Assembly (NCBI RefSeq): GCF_006345805.1
Contig: NC_043000.1
Span: 143,530,001 to 143,594,000 of the forward strand
Length of the DNA stretch: 64,000 nucleotides
DNA from: Octopus sinensis
Taxonomy: Eukaryota
Direction: 5' to 3'
Shown in pieces: positions 27,460 to 41,380 of the stretch. The notes beneath the pieces were generated by a model. The model did no database searches. It was given only the letters and a program-made list of their open reading frames with translations, and was not told the DNA's origin. Position numbers and translations under genes: made by a program. Within the stretch, counting starts at the first letter, position 1; each line of letters starts with the position of its first letter.

Positions 27460-29500
27460 AATCATTCAAAAAGTGATTGATAATTTCGTCTCCTTTCCTG
27501 CAGGTTCTACATATTTTGTGTGACAGATCTTTGCCTTTACCAGATTTGTTCTCAGGGTTTGTTTCTGAGCGGCTATAATTACCGTTTCTGTGCTTTGTAC
27601 ACGTCCGTTAACCAGAGCAAGCGGTCTTTACATCTGGTATTTACGGATTGTTTTATAGATTGGCCATGTAGTTATACTTCTTTCAAACTGTTTGTTCCGT
27701 TCCTCTTCCTCTTTCTTTGAATTCTGTCTCAGTTTTTGGGTATCTCAAGCGGCCGAAAATATTCTTTCTTTACTCTTTACAACATAGCGTTTCAGGAGTT
27801 AATACTATGTTCTGTGCTTAGTAATACTCTGCCACCTTCTGTTTCTGTAGGTTTTATCGTTCGGTATTGTTTTATGGTTCAGGTTCTGTATTTTTTCTTT
27901 TGCTTTAACTAATCCATTACCGCACATACATTTTCTCAGAATTCTTCTATTTCACCTCCAATTGGGTTGGTGCTGCAATGATTTCTATCTTACTTCTACC
28001 ATGTTCTTGATCAAATCTTTTTAGATTGGAATAAAACAGTTTCATTCGTTCAAAGAATATTTGGCGTTTTTCAGATCGATGCATTCCTTGTTATCAATCA
28101 AGGAAATCTTGCTCTAGATGTTCTTTTGTTTCGGGTATATCTTGTTTTGTTTGTTTATCTTTCTGTCGTAGTTTTCATTCCCTTTTAGTAGAGTTCTTTG
28201 GTTAGTAATTTCATTAAGGATTGACAGAAACCTGTTTTTTTTCTTATTGTTCCTGTATTTTTCTGGATATTAGTTTCCATATCGTTTGCTTGTTTTTTTG
28301 GTACTCTCATTTGGTTGGATATTGTGGGTATAAGGTGAGGGCATGTCCGATCTCCTTTGTGAAGACAGGAGATACGGCGTAGAGTATTTTATGTAGCCGG
28401 GTCAAACTGACACTCGCGTCTGTTGTGATTTCGTCTGTGTATGTGTGTTTATGTTTTTTTATGCTGTCTTATGATTAAGACTAATTTCTGGGAGGTATAT
28501 TAGACGGTGTATACTGATTTTTTCTATGGCTTTTTGTTATTTCATTATAATTAATTTTAAATTATTATAATAAGGGTTTGCGATTTCATTGTTTCCATTT
28601 TTTAGATTTTCCCTACATTCCTTCCCATTTCTGTCTTTCTTTTATGTGTGTTATACAGGTTTAGTGTATTCTGTTCTTCATTGAGATTGTTGTGTTTCGT
28701 TATTTACTTTCGCTGTACGTGTTATGTCGATATGTTATGTTCATGTTTTACAATTTCCTTATTTATGTTGTATTTTCACTATGTATTTTATCTTTTTAAT
28801 GTTCTATATCAATTTCTGGGTTTTTTTTTTTCATTTTGAAGATATATCTCTTTATGTTAGCTAGATTATTGGGATTCATTGATGTATCCAAATCTGGGGA
28901 ATTTTCCTTCCGGTCTTTAATGAGTGTGTTGTGGTGCTTATGTGAGTAGAGTATAGCTATCATATAAGTGTGTAGAATTAAAGCATATTCTCTCCTCTTC
29001 TGTCTTTTTGATTTTATTTGTTGGACAGCTTTTTTAATTAGATTGCCATTGTTTTCGTAGGGCATCGAACCACCCGTTTCTGATTTCAAAAAGCTTTGCA
29101 AGTATAATTGTTCTTACTTTGCCATAACAATTCTAAAACATGTAATTCCCCCTTGTTATTTTAGGGCTGGACAATCTGTGTATTATTTAAATTTATTTTC
29201 ATTTCTTTTGTATGATGTATGGAGACGGAGGCAGTTTGTTGTTTATCTGAAACAAAGTCTACTGAACGTATTTACATATTTTATGAGAATGCTGGAGATT
29301 GTAAATATTTGTAAGATTTTTACTTTGGAGAAAGAAAAAGAAATTTGAAAGAATATTACAAGGTTATGATCCATTGTGTTGGGTCTAATTTGTCGTTTTT
29401 ATTCCCGATGTTCTTATATTCTTGGATAGATTTCGCAGCAAGTGTTTTATCGTTCTCACATGTTGAACGTCCCATGTTTTCTCTGTTAAATGTACCCCTG
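27460..29500 (-). mobile_element. Decayed, apparently internally deleted R4/Dong-clade retrotransposon
   Basis: Minus translations give N-terminal NNLANIKRYIF, MKLFYSNL and PIGGEIEEF*ENV, then C-terminal LHGQ, TETVIIAAQKQTLRTNLVKAKI and CRTCRKGDEIINHFLNDC. The presumed 5' side abuts the (TTA)n tract. Confidence 0.7.
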
Positions 29501-29504
29501 GCAG

Positions 29505-29874
<370 letters not shown>

Positions 29875-29875
29875 G

Positions 29876-30330
29876 AGTCAGATAAAGGTACACCAGGCAG
29901 ATGCATCACAACCGTATGTGTGTGACATGGTGATCGCATATCAATATTAACAGCTCCTGACCTTGCGAGTGGAACCCAGTTAGAATTTTCTTCAGGTCGA
30001 GTAAGCCATTCCGCTCAAAAGGTCCCTGAATAAGGGTCGTTTGAGGATGTTGAACCAAACACCCATGATTCCAGAGGTGAATTATCCACAACCCCTAAAG
30101 AATTCCTCTCAACATGTGAATATGACTCTCTTACTACGTCTGTTCGTGATCATTGATGTACATATTTTCAGCCACTGAGGGACATGCTCAATTGGTTAAG
30201 GCCAGACAAATGACAAGCAGAATATTTGCTGTAGCCCATCTTTGATACCAAGACAAAACAATGTACATGATAACACTTCCAATCAGTTAAGATGAGAAGC
30301 CATTAAAGCCACTGCGTGGTACTGTGTTAG
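29876..30330 (-). mobile_element. Non-coding repeat embedded in (TTA)n; same family as 2684-2980
   Basis: Similarity to 2684-2980 in reverse orientation; flanked by (TTA)n on both sides (29505-29874, 30335-30416). Confidence 0.8.
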
Positions 30331-30333
30331 GGA

Positions 30334-30381
<48 letters not shown>

Positions 30382-32235
30382 GTTATTATTACTATTATTA
30401 TTATTATTATTATTATCTTGCATAGTTTCAGTTTCTTTTCGACCGTCTGTTTTTGTTTCTCAAACACAAACACATCCAAATTCACATACAAACATATAGG
30501 TGTACATATATTAGAGCAGAACTGATACACACCAGACTCTCACCACTCTACCTATCTCTTTTTATTTCTCTCTTTGATTGTGGTTTATTTTTTCTCTTGT
30601 CGCTGACTCTCTAGTATAACCTGAGAATTCTTATTGCTTCTAAACAGAATCTGTTTTGTTTTATCACTCATATACTTGTTCACGAATCTAATTTGGCCTT
30701 TTGCCACTAAAAGTTCAGACATTTCGTGCAAACCGTCGTCTACTTTGCATGTGTAATCGAAAGTTCTCTGCGTGTGACTTTTTACAAGGTTAGTGGCCTG
30801 TTATTCGCCCGTGAAATCTGAAAGGATGAAAATACCATTTACCGTTAATCGTAAATTGAATAGTAGTAAGTTTGTGATCTATTATGTTATATTACATCCG
30901 AAAATTTCTCTTGTTTTAACAGCTCACCACAATCAAATCTAAGGTGATTCTCTTATCGTGCTGGTTCTATTAAGGTCAGAGAAAGTCTTACACCAATTCT
31001 GAAAGACAAAATTGCCTACGTTACTTCATATAGTTTATTCTATTTCTACAAAACAGAATTTTCTTTTCGAAATGAAATGCGAGTCGCAATACAGATAGAA
31101 CCAAAAAAGGCCATATGTGAGCCTCTATAGATGGTTGAATAGCTCAAGTAGCAGTAACCTCCTTAAATCACAGAGAACTGTCTGAAACATGAAGTATACA
31201 ATATTCACAGCTTTGCTCTATCAGAGCAATCTAAACTGAGGCAAGAGATATCAAGTAAATCATATTTGACTACTGAAAAAGAAAAAGAAATTCAGTATTA
31301 AGTATTTATATTATGAAACGAAATCGAAAGTCATGTGTTGTGGCTTCGATGTAATTTCCAATAACAATATCAGTGTCCGTAAATTGACACTTTATGGGAA
31401 TAGAAAACAGTATGGTGATCATTATAGTTTCTGTGTGTTAATAGGCATTCAAATCGGTATGTGTGTGCATGTATGACAATAGTCAAGAGATACAGAATTT
31501 GATTTGACGTTGGCACAATGTTCCCAGTTTCGATCTCATTGAGCGATATAAAGAGAAATGTTTCTATAGTAGCTTCATAACATCTATCTGACTTTATGTT
31601 AACATTCAGCAGAGGAAAGCCGTATTGTAATCCACTATCGAATGACCATTACTTTTTGGTTAATGCTCGTCTTATTTAGTAAGAAGTGTTAGCTCTCACT
31701 CAATTAGCGTGGGATATACCATCAGAGCAGTCGTATGTATTAGAAGCATTCGGTTGCTGAATCGATATTTTCATATCGAAAAGATCCAAAAATATCTACT
31801 CCAGGTACACCCTGAAAATCACGGAGATCCAGAAAAACTCATGTGCCATGCACTCAACTCTGGCTGAACCATAAAGACTTAAAAAATGGTTTAATTATTG
31901 TGCATAGTATAAAACAAGAAGCATTTGTAATATATATCTGAGAATTTGAACTATGTAATAGTGTGAGAATGGTGTGAGAATACCTTGCACTCCAGAAGTC
32001 TTCGGGGTGTTGATGGCGTACAAACAGTAACACAGACACAGACACACACACACACACATGTATGTAAAATTAATTTTAATAATTGTAGTTTGAGAAAAAT
32101 CAGTGATTATAATAACTAGTGTGTGGTATATATATGTATTGGTAAAAACAGTAGGATAACAAAAGAAGGAATGAGACCTCGATATGTAAATACAGGAATT
32201 TATCAGTAATTATAATTTGGGACAATTATTCAGTA

Positions 32236-32305
32236 GCCAAGATAAAACTCTGAGTTTCGGATGCCTAGGTGGAGATCCACGCCACCACCTCTTCAGTTGT
32301 CCGGC
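32236..32305 (-). ncRNA. Type I hammerhead ribozyme candidate with extended stem II
   Basis: Minus strand reads gccggacaa-CTGAAGA-ggtggtggc-gtggatctccac-ctaggcatcc-GAAAC-tcaga-GTT-ttatcttggc. Stem III act/agt; stem I gccggacaa/ttatcttggc with one mismatch and one bulge. Confidence 0.65.
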
Positions 32306-32743
32306 CATAGGAAAAACGCTATGAAAAATGACCGTTATACAAAGGGAAATTACTGTGTTATTGACCGCTATTTAGACAAAAGAGCCATTGGAATAACTGC
32401 TAATGAAGGTAAGGGGGTAAAAAGTTCGTAGTTTTCGCGTAAGAGCACGTGTTCATACGTACCCATGTGCGTACGCATACATTCATCCACCCTCACTAGA
32501 AAAACGTACACCTACGCGCACCGTATGAACTTTTATGGTGCGAGCGTGTGTGTGCGTGTGGGTTTGTATGTATATGCATATACATTTGGTGAAGGATGCG
32601 AGTGAAGATGTGTACGTTTTTCTAGTAAGGGTGGATGAATGTATGCATACGCACGTGGGTGTACGGGCGCACGTGTGTAGGTATGAAGAGGCGCATATAT
32701 TACATTTACTGATATATATATGTATGTATATATATATATATAT

Positions 32744-32774
<31 letters not shown>

Positions 32775-32884
32775 GTACGTGTATATATATATATATATAT
32801 ATACATACATATATATACACAAAATTAGCAATATTACATTTCTAAATCTCTCAGAGAGATTTAGTCTGTAGCAGCACGATAAAG

Positions 32885-33054
32885 TGATGGTTTGTTGCCA
32901 ACCTAATATGGCAGTCCCAGTAAAGGGAACAATGCTACTGATATTTAGCCTCAGGGAACAGCGTAGTCAACTGGAAACTGTTTCCTGGGGCTAAAAAGCA
33001 GCTGCATTCTTCCCTTTACTGGGCCTGCCACATCACGTTGGCAACAAACCATCA
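32885..33054. repeat. Foldback (inverted repeat) of about 77-bp arms with a 16-nt spacer
   Basis: Outer 18 bp are perfectly complementary (tgatggtttgttgccaac / gttggcaacaaaccatca); cccagtaaaggga / tccctttactggg also pair. Confidence 0.9.
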
Positions 33055-33316
33055 TATATATATATTTGAATTAAAAGTCTTGTGAACCTCATAAAGGGAT
33101 GGTGTCGTCCAAGGAAATTTTGGTTCAATATTGATATAAAAGAAGAATAAAGAAATAGAGGTTGGGAAGTTAATACTTCTTTATTATTATAACAAGGAAC
33201 CACTCCTCATTATCATGATGATAATAATAAAGAGTTATTAGCTTTCCAATCTCCATTTTCTTTTTCTTCTCGTGTACATGCATATATATATCTATATATA
33301 TATATACATACACACA

Positions 33317-33405
<89 letters not shown>

Positions 33406-33604
33406 ACTAACCTCAAATACTGAAATATATTCTAATCGCAACGGAGATTAAAGAACGGGTTACCTTTTGGAAAAGTCACCTGACGTACGTCATTATTCAG
33501 GTTTATTTCAGTATTTCTTACCAATAGAGAAATAGCCATTTTCTAATCTTGATGCAAAGATATTTCATGCGAATTGCAACAATATCTACTCGGTGTAGAT
33601 GTAA

Positions 33605-33835
33605 GGCGGCGAGCTGGCAGAAACTTTAGCAAGCCAGGCGAAATGCTTAGCGGTATTTCGTCTGCCGCTACGTTCTGATTTCAAATTCTGTCGAAGTCAA
33701 AATTGTCTTTCATCCTTTTGAGGTCGATTAAATAAGTACCAGTTACGCACTGGGGTCGATGTAATCGACTTAATCCGTTGGCCTGTCCTTGTTTGTCCTC
33801 TCTGTGTGTCGTCCCTTGTGGGCAGTAAAGAAATA
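33605..33835 (+). mobile_element. SINE family A, full length
   Basis: Same head, core and tail as the other family A copies. Confidence 0.9.
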
Positions 33836-36669
33836 ACATCTATACGATGCATCTGTATATATGTATGCATACGTGAAGATTTCTATGTTTTGTTTTATTT
33901 GTGTGTTTTCCTGCATATAGCAGCATAAATAGACATGCACATGTATAATTAAATGATAAACCTCTGGAAACTTATACAGCTTTTTTAGTTTCAGTGATGG
34001 ATTCAATCTGAAGTCTTGAAATGAGGTTACTCTTTATTGAATTTGAGAAGCCTAATTTCTCAGGATTGGTATTTAGGCAATGCTTCAATAATTACATGAA
34101 CTTGTAATAAATATAGAAACCGTAACTGTAGATTTCTTAATAGTTCATCGTAGGTATTCTCTTTTTTGCTGATCTTTGGTTTCATGTTAACATCTGTTGG
34201 GCAGCTGATATCCACAACTGCACAGAGTTTCTTTTCTCTGACTCAAATCATTATATCAGGTTTATTGTGTGTATATATTATTGAGGTTTTCACTGGGACA
34301 TTCCATCAGTGGCTATGTCTTCTACGGTACTGTAGGTTCTTATTTTCTTTGTCTTCGCGGTTATCCTTCAGAAGGATCTCCTTATTCAGTGTCCTAGCTA
34401 CAACATGATGTCTATCAGTAGATAATACCGTGATGACAGTTTCGGACAACTGCTTATGATGTGGGCGACTTCTTCAGTGATAATACCACAAAGTCTGCAG
34501 CAGTTGCCACATATTTCCTTCATCTCTGTCCTTTTGTGCATAATGTATTTGGGTGATATTTCTTGTTGCTAGACTGAAAACGCATACCCTCCAAAGTAGG
34601 ATGTAGTAATCCAGTTGTTGGTACATGATAGATTTCATGATAAATTTTACTATCATTCCTTCAGCTGATGGGACATCGCGGTAGTGTCGTACGACGTCTC
34701 TGGGCATGTATTGAATTTTATCAGTCAAGGAATTATGGTGTGGGGCTGCTTTCTACGTATGCAAACCTGGTCAGGGGATGCACTTCGACATTTGATGGTT
34801 AAAATATATTGCCGCAAGGATATGATACGACATTCAACGTTTTATGTATTACGTTCATATGTACGTACATTCGTATGACGAAGGAGAAGGGCATGGTAGA
34901 GAAATCAGAAAACTGATACTTGAACAGGCGCGTTTTATGTATATGTGTGAGTGGGTATGTGTATACGAACATACTATTCATATGTGACAGCGAGTATGTA
35001 AAATATTTTCATTCATATTCAATATGAATAAAATAATACGTCATATTATTTTCTCGTATACAACGGTTTATAATAAAATTCAATATAATATGTAAAATCT
35101 CTCAGGTAACAAAATATTTTTCTTATCAGTTCGAATGTGATGGTAAACATGTACTTAGAAACATATTTGTATGCATCTAGAAAATATAATTAAAATATTC
35201 CATATGTGTTCTATATCTTGGACATGTGAATACTATGATAATGATTTTAAAATTACATGGGAGTGAAATAGGAGAGGAAGAAATGTTGTGTTTCTACAGG
35301 ATTGTGTTGATACAATTCAAATCATAAAGGAGAAGGAATCGACGAAGAAGAAAATTAAAATAAAACACAGAAAAGAAATACGACAAAAAAAAAAGAATTT
35401 AGATAAGATGGAATAGTAAAAGAAATACCAGATGAAGAAGAAACAAGAGAAATATGGAGACGAAAGAGTAGTGGAAACAAACGAATGAAACGATGAATAA
35501 GAAAATATCACGCATAGTCAATGAAAAAGAAGGCTAAAAAGATGGGGAAGATGGAGCTTAAGGAAATGTATTTCCAAGAAAGACGAAACAAAGAAAAGGA
35601 AGAAATGCAATAAAACCCACGAAGGGAGAGAAGAAAAGAATTAGAAGTTGATGAGTTGATGATGACGACGACGTCGATGGGGTAAAATGATGAAAATTAA
35701 TATTAAACGCTTTAAATGTAGAGGAAATAGAAAATAACAAAGATTCATAAATGAAAAATATGTAGATGGCAAGGAGTTGGAAGTGAGAAGAAAAAAAGAA
35801 ATAGACAAAAGTAGGAGCAACTGAGCAGAACAATTAAAAAGAGAAGAAAAAAAAAGAAAAGGAGTTTTAAAAAATGCTAAAAGAAAAGAAGAATACAAAA
35901 GGAGAAAAACAGGTATGCGGATAAACAGAAGGGTAAATATTAATTTAATAGTTGCAAAGACAGCGGCAGATAAAGCAAACACAGAGGAAACAGAAATTTA
36001 TAAAGAAATCTCGCGTTAACAAAACATATCTTACAATGGTGAATAGAAAATACATACAATTTTAAGACGTTTCGTCTTGTAACTACAAAATATTCACAAA
36101 AGTCGAATAATATAAGATTATATTCATAGAATGCAGCAATTTATTTTGTTACTATTCAGATTCAAAAATGTATACCATTATATATTCTGCGTCTCAAAGT
36201 AAAAATTTAGCAACCGTTTTCAAGCAAATGAAGTGGAAGCTTACAGAATTGAAAATATACGAGATATATAATAATATTAAAAATAATGATACGTGTAACA
36301 CACATAAGTATATGCATGAATGTAAATGTATGTGAATATAAATTCATATACACATGAGTTTATCTAAAAGCTTCCTGTCCTCAGTCAAGTTGTATTTCTC
36401 AAGAACTTTTAAGTGTCGTAAATTCTTTAAAGTCGAAAACGTAAAGCTTAGCTATTGAAGCTTGTGTAAGATCACCTCCAAAATTGCAGTCTACGACTGA
36501 AACATACAAACTAAATATTCATGTTTATCTGCTGAAATCCCTATTACCTACCAAACCCTGTAGGGTATAGCATCTTGCACGTAATATCTAGGGTCCCACT
36601 CAGAATATCTGATAGAATCATAAAATATACAGTGGTAACACTGATTTCAAGAAACTACATTATTTTAGA

Positions 36670-37055
36670 CTAGCAGTATCGCCCGGCTTTGCTCGGGTTT
36701 GTAAGGTAAATAACTATATAAGCATTTTTAGAGATGTAAAGTATAATAGCCATCTCAATATGGCTAACCACAAAGGGGAGTGGTGTTACTGTAGCTTTTT
36801 ACGTTCTGAGATTTAATAATAAATAATTACTTCCCTTATATATGCCAAAAATGCATTAAAATGGGAAAATTGATGGTAATTTTTTTTTAAATCGTAGACT
36901 CATCCTACACGCGCGCTAATACCCAGAAGGGCTCGATATGAATCGACTATAAGATACCCGGTTTTGGTTAAACTGCACCGCAAAATGTGGGAGTAGTTAG
37001 GAATCTAAATCGTAGGAGACAGACACTCACACAACTTCACTTTTATATATAAAGA
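36670..37055 (-). mobile_element. Non-autonomous Helitron, both ends present
   Basis: Minus strand begins TCTTTATATATAAAA and ends with hairpin cccgagcaaagccggg followed by ..tactgCTAG; inserted between A and T with no TSD. Confidence 0.85.
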
Positions 37056-37429
37056 TATGTCAAGAGAGTACACTAGCTGTCTATGCGGTTTGATTAGGAG
37101 ACTCCAAAACCGAAGAAACTTCCCTAACATCATATATATCATTCTTGATCTGATTCCTTCTTTCTCATTTGTAATTTGTAATTACCAAATTTGCCAACCT
37201 GAGAATCCATAATAGCTCTAAACCTTTTAGCATATCTTTTAGTATAACTTTTAGCAAACAGTAATTGTATTTTCCCAAGATTGATGCTCGGTGATGCAAA
37301 TACTTTTCTTTCCAGGCAATGGGATAAAATTATTAAACATCTAAAATAGAAGGATTCTTTTTACAAAGAAATTGTTCCACATCAACATGCAGAATAGAAG
37401 TATACCAGTAGGTAATGCTGGTACTTCAT

Positions 37430-38460
37430 TTTATATTTCCATGTTTAGAAATTGTTATATGCAAAGTGCACTGTAAGATAATTCAGCCTCAACACCTTAT
37501 CTTATCCTCCACTGTACAGCAATTGGTAGCGAAGCTATTCATTGCATGCTGGAGATCACTTTCTGACGAGCTAAGTAAGACCATGTCATCTGCATATATC
37601 AGCTGGCTGATAATGCACCGACTGATTGTGATTATAGTTCCACAAGGGCTGTACATATCAATGCAGTTAATAAATAATAGGGAAAGTGGAAATGGCAATA
37701 TGTATCCATGCTAAATCCAACACATACGTTAACAGGTTTCAATTTGGAACATTTTACGCTGACATAAATATCTGAACATCCGTACAGGAACTTCTGGGCA
37801 ACCATAAGTTGAATTTGAAGCTAAAGCGCTTGCAAAATCTTCCAAAGTATGTCTCGTCACACGCAGTCTTATGTCTTTTGGAGGTCTACGAAGCGAGCAT
37901 ACACAGTTTTGCTGATATCTCCAAGATTATTCCAAATCTATCGTTGAGTGATTATCTGTGAAGCATAGAAGCTTCTGCCCTTTATCTGGCTAGGTCACAG
38001 TAAATTCTTTACATCTCTTTTCCAGAAACGAAGGGGAGGCTTTATCGGCTGGGTACAGCAAATAAATTCCTGTAAAATGACAGCAACTTTTCTTGTTTAA
38101 TGTTTTCCTAAACTGGGATATTCAACTCGGGGTGCCTTTGCTTTGGTATATTTCCAGGCGTGCAGACCACATAATTTGGTGTACACGAATCAGTTAGATT
38201 TTATGTAACGAATTTCAAATTTGAAGCTGAAATTCATCTTCCCCATCATCTTTGTCATTCTTGAGCAATGAAGTACCACAATGACTTTACCCTGTGAGTA
38301 GATAGTCTACATTCGTAGACGCATCACATATCCGTCAGGAGATTTAATTGTAGTTTAGGAAATCATCAAAATATTCCATTCATCTCCCAACAATTCGCTT
38401 CTTCGCAAAGAGAACAACTCAGCAGAGTTCCTAATTGCAAATATATAAGTGGTCTTCTTG
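37430..38460 (-). mobile_element. Decayed RTE-type LINE reverse transcriptase fragment
   Basis: Minus translations KSCCHFTGIYLL, YARFVDLQKT*DCV*RDILWKIL and SQLIYADDMVLLSSSESDLQHAMN occur in RT order with many stops and frameshifts. Boundaries approximate. Confidence 0.8.
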
Positions 38461-39412
38461 TTACGAAGTTGGCAGATGGTTTGCCATAATACTTTATTGG
38501 TCAATCTAAAGTATTTGAAATTTTTGCTGTTAATTGTAAAATCTTCTGCCATTGTGTTATCTACAACGCTATAGTGTTTTATCTAGAAACGAAACTTTTC
38601 TTATCTCATCGCAAATCCCTCTTACTAGACTGCAAAGGCGAACATTCCACATGAGACCTATTTAATATCAAATGATACTGTAAGACCATTTTGGTTTCCA
38701 ATGTTACTATCAATGATGTTTTCGGATAACATTGCAAAGTGCGGCCTTCTGTCGATATACGCACCAATTTTCTATGCGGACTAGTAATAAGGTTGTGCAA
38801 GCATCTAATTAATTTTACATTTGGTTAACAGAGGCAAATACATTATGAAGTCTCCTCTTTTACTCATATTGCTACATATATACACTTCGATATTTATAGA
38901 TTAGAACGCGTCAAAGTTATATTTTGCGACATTGAATACTTTTTAGCTGATATTAAGCATCTGCAACCTCTTTTCATCTTAGCACAGGTGTTCTATTTTA
39001 TTGTTAATGGGAAAATCAAATCTGTAGTGCTGATTAATATTATCCAGAATAAATATCAACAGCTCCGACCTTATTTAGCACCCAAAAGCGTAGCCAAAAT
39101 GTTGAAAGGATTATTGGTGCAGTAAATACATTGTACGCCAAAGATTTAGCGTATATGTGGAGCTATGAGAACTGTATATTATCTCTTAGTTATCTGTTTC
39201 TTGTTACTAATTATGCAAACAGATACATTTTTATCCATACCCAATGACTTGTAACAGACCTCATAAAATATCGGGTAAACAGTAGATGCATTGTTCTTTC
39301 TATGGAATTTAATTGAAGAATGCTTGGAATGATTTACAAATCTGCAAGGTACCTCTAATCGTTAATGCAAACATATTGTTTATAGTGCAGTTCCTCAGTT
39401 AGATTCTATACC

Positions 39413-39827
39413 TATTTCTTTACTACCCACAAGGGGCTAAACACAGAGAGGACAAACAAGGACAAACAAACGGATTGAGTCGATTACATCGACCCCAGTG
39501 TGTAACTGGTATTTAATTTATCGACCCCGAAAGGATGAAAGGCAAAGTCGACCTCGGCGGAATTTGAACTCAGAACGTAACGGCAGATGAAATATCTATT
39601 TCTTTATTACCCACAAGGGGCTAAACACAGAGGGGACAAACAAGGACAGACATAGGTATTAAGTCGATTACATCGACCCCAGTGCGTAACTGGTACTTAA
39701 TTTATCGACCCCGAAAGGATGAAAGGCAAAGTCGACCTCGGCGGAATTTGAACTCACAACGTAATGCAGACGAAATACCGCTAAGCATTTCACCCGGCGT
39801 GCTAACGTTTCTGCCAGCTCGCCGCCT
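39413..39827 (-). mobile_element. SINE family A dimer with perfect 14-bp TSD
   Basis: Full unit 39597-39827 plus truncated unit 39413-39595; ttagattctatacc at 39399-39412 and 39830-39843. Confidence 0.92.
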
Positions 39828-40417
39828 TATTAGATTCTATACCATGAATGAAAGTGCTTCAAGTGCAGCATGACTTCCTTCTATCTGTTCTAAACATATG
39901 CAAATGTATATAGATGCTGACAACCTGTTGGAAGCTGAAATTTACAACAATGTAGGAACCTTGTTCCCTGCCGATAAAACAATAAGAAGTATTTTGTACA
40001 TGCACAATATAAGCAATATTGCAAAGCCTATTTTTCCAAATTTGGGACATGTCCTGGTTCCCTTTGACGAAGTTTAATTCAAAGAATCAGCCACAATACT
40101 TGTTATTTTCTGTTCTGTTAAGCCTGCTGCTGATTCTATTCACTACGTCTGCTTAGACGCTGTGTTAAGGGTATGTAAACACACTCGCAGGGGTTATCAG
40201 TAGGTTAGTGCGGACAAAAACAAACACAATTGCATTCACACCCACAGACAGACATTTAGCAAAACATGGCTCAGAAAAGTTTACACATTTTTCATTTCCT
40301 AATAGGAATGGCAAAATTATACAGTCTTCAGTCAGAGAATCAAGTAATGAACGTGTGTATGTGTGTGTGTGTCTGTCTGTGTGCACGTGTATATATGTAT
40401 ATATGTGTCTATATGCG

Positions 40418-40489
<72 letters not shown>

Positions 40490-40656
40490 TATATATATAT
40501 AGAGAGAGGAGAGAGAGAGAGAGAGAGAGAGAGACTATGAAGGGTTTAGTTCACTGGTGATGTAAACGAATAGGTGCTCTGAGTAATGCTATAATTGGTC
40601 ATTCGTTGGGTTCCCAGTTCACATATAAAGCTGAAGCTAGGGTTCAGTGTTAACAG

Positions 40657-40699
<43 letters not shown>

Positions 40700-40704
<5 letters not shown>

Positions 40705-41140
40705 CAACCAAAGTAGCTAGTTCTACAATCTCTATAAGAGACACATATAAATCTACTGAAAAATAATAATTGTTGCTAGTGTTTTTAACACAAGGAGAAC
40801 ACCTTCTCTAGCTGGTTAACGACATAACCTGTGTCCGATATGCTGTGAGCAGGGTAGCGAACTCCTACGATCTAGCGATTTGACACGACCAATTGACCTA
40901 CCTGGTTTCAGGGCATTTTCCCTTCCTCAGTAATGAATAGCTCTCCGCTGGGGAAGACGGTTGTTCGCCCTAGCTCGCAATATATCATAAGATAAATGAC
41001 ATTCAGCTGTTGAGCTTGCAACAAGTAAAGTAGTTAGTTCTAAAATCTGCATAAAAAATGCAAGTAGTAACAATACTGAAAAGTAAAGTTTGTTGCCGCT
41101 TCAACATTACTGGTCCGTACGGAACAATGTTACAAAACTT
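40700..41140 (-). mobile_element. Probable Penelope-derived pseudo-LTR fragment with hammerhead core
   Basis: Minus 40899-40930 reads CTGAGGA-aggg(aaaatg)ccct-GAAAC-cag-GTA; stem I is not convincing. The element lies between (TA)n tracts. Confidence 0.5.
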
Positions 41141-41142
41141 CT

Positions 41143-41207
<65 letters not shown>

Positions 41208-41328
41208 CACATATATATACATATATATACATACATATGTATATACATATATACACATATATACATATATACATATATATACATACATATACATACATAT
41301 ATACATATACATACATTTATATATATAT

Positions 41329-41377
<49 letters not shown>

Positions 41378-41380
<3 letters not shown>

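Noticed and set aside
39327-39346. Minus-strand CRFVNHS resembling the SET-domain RFINHSC motif
   Set aside because: No following PN or ELxxDY motif and stops lie close by; probably chance.
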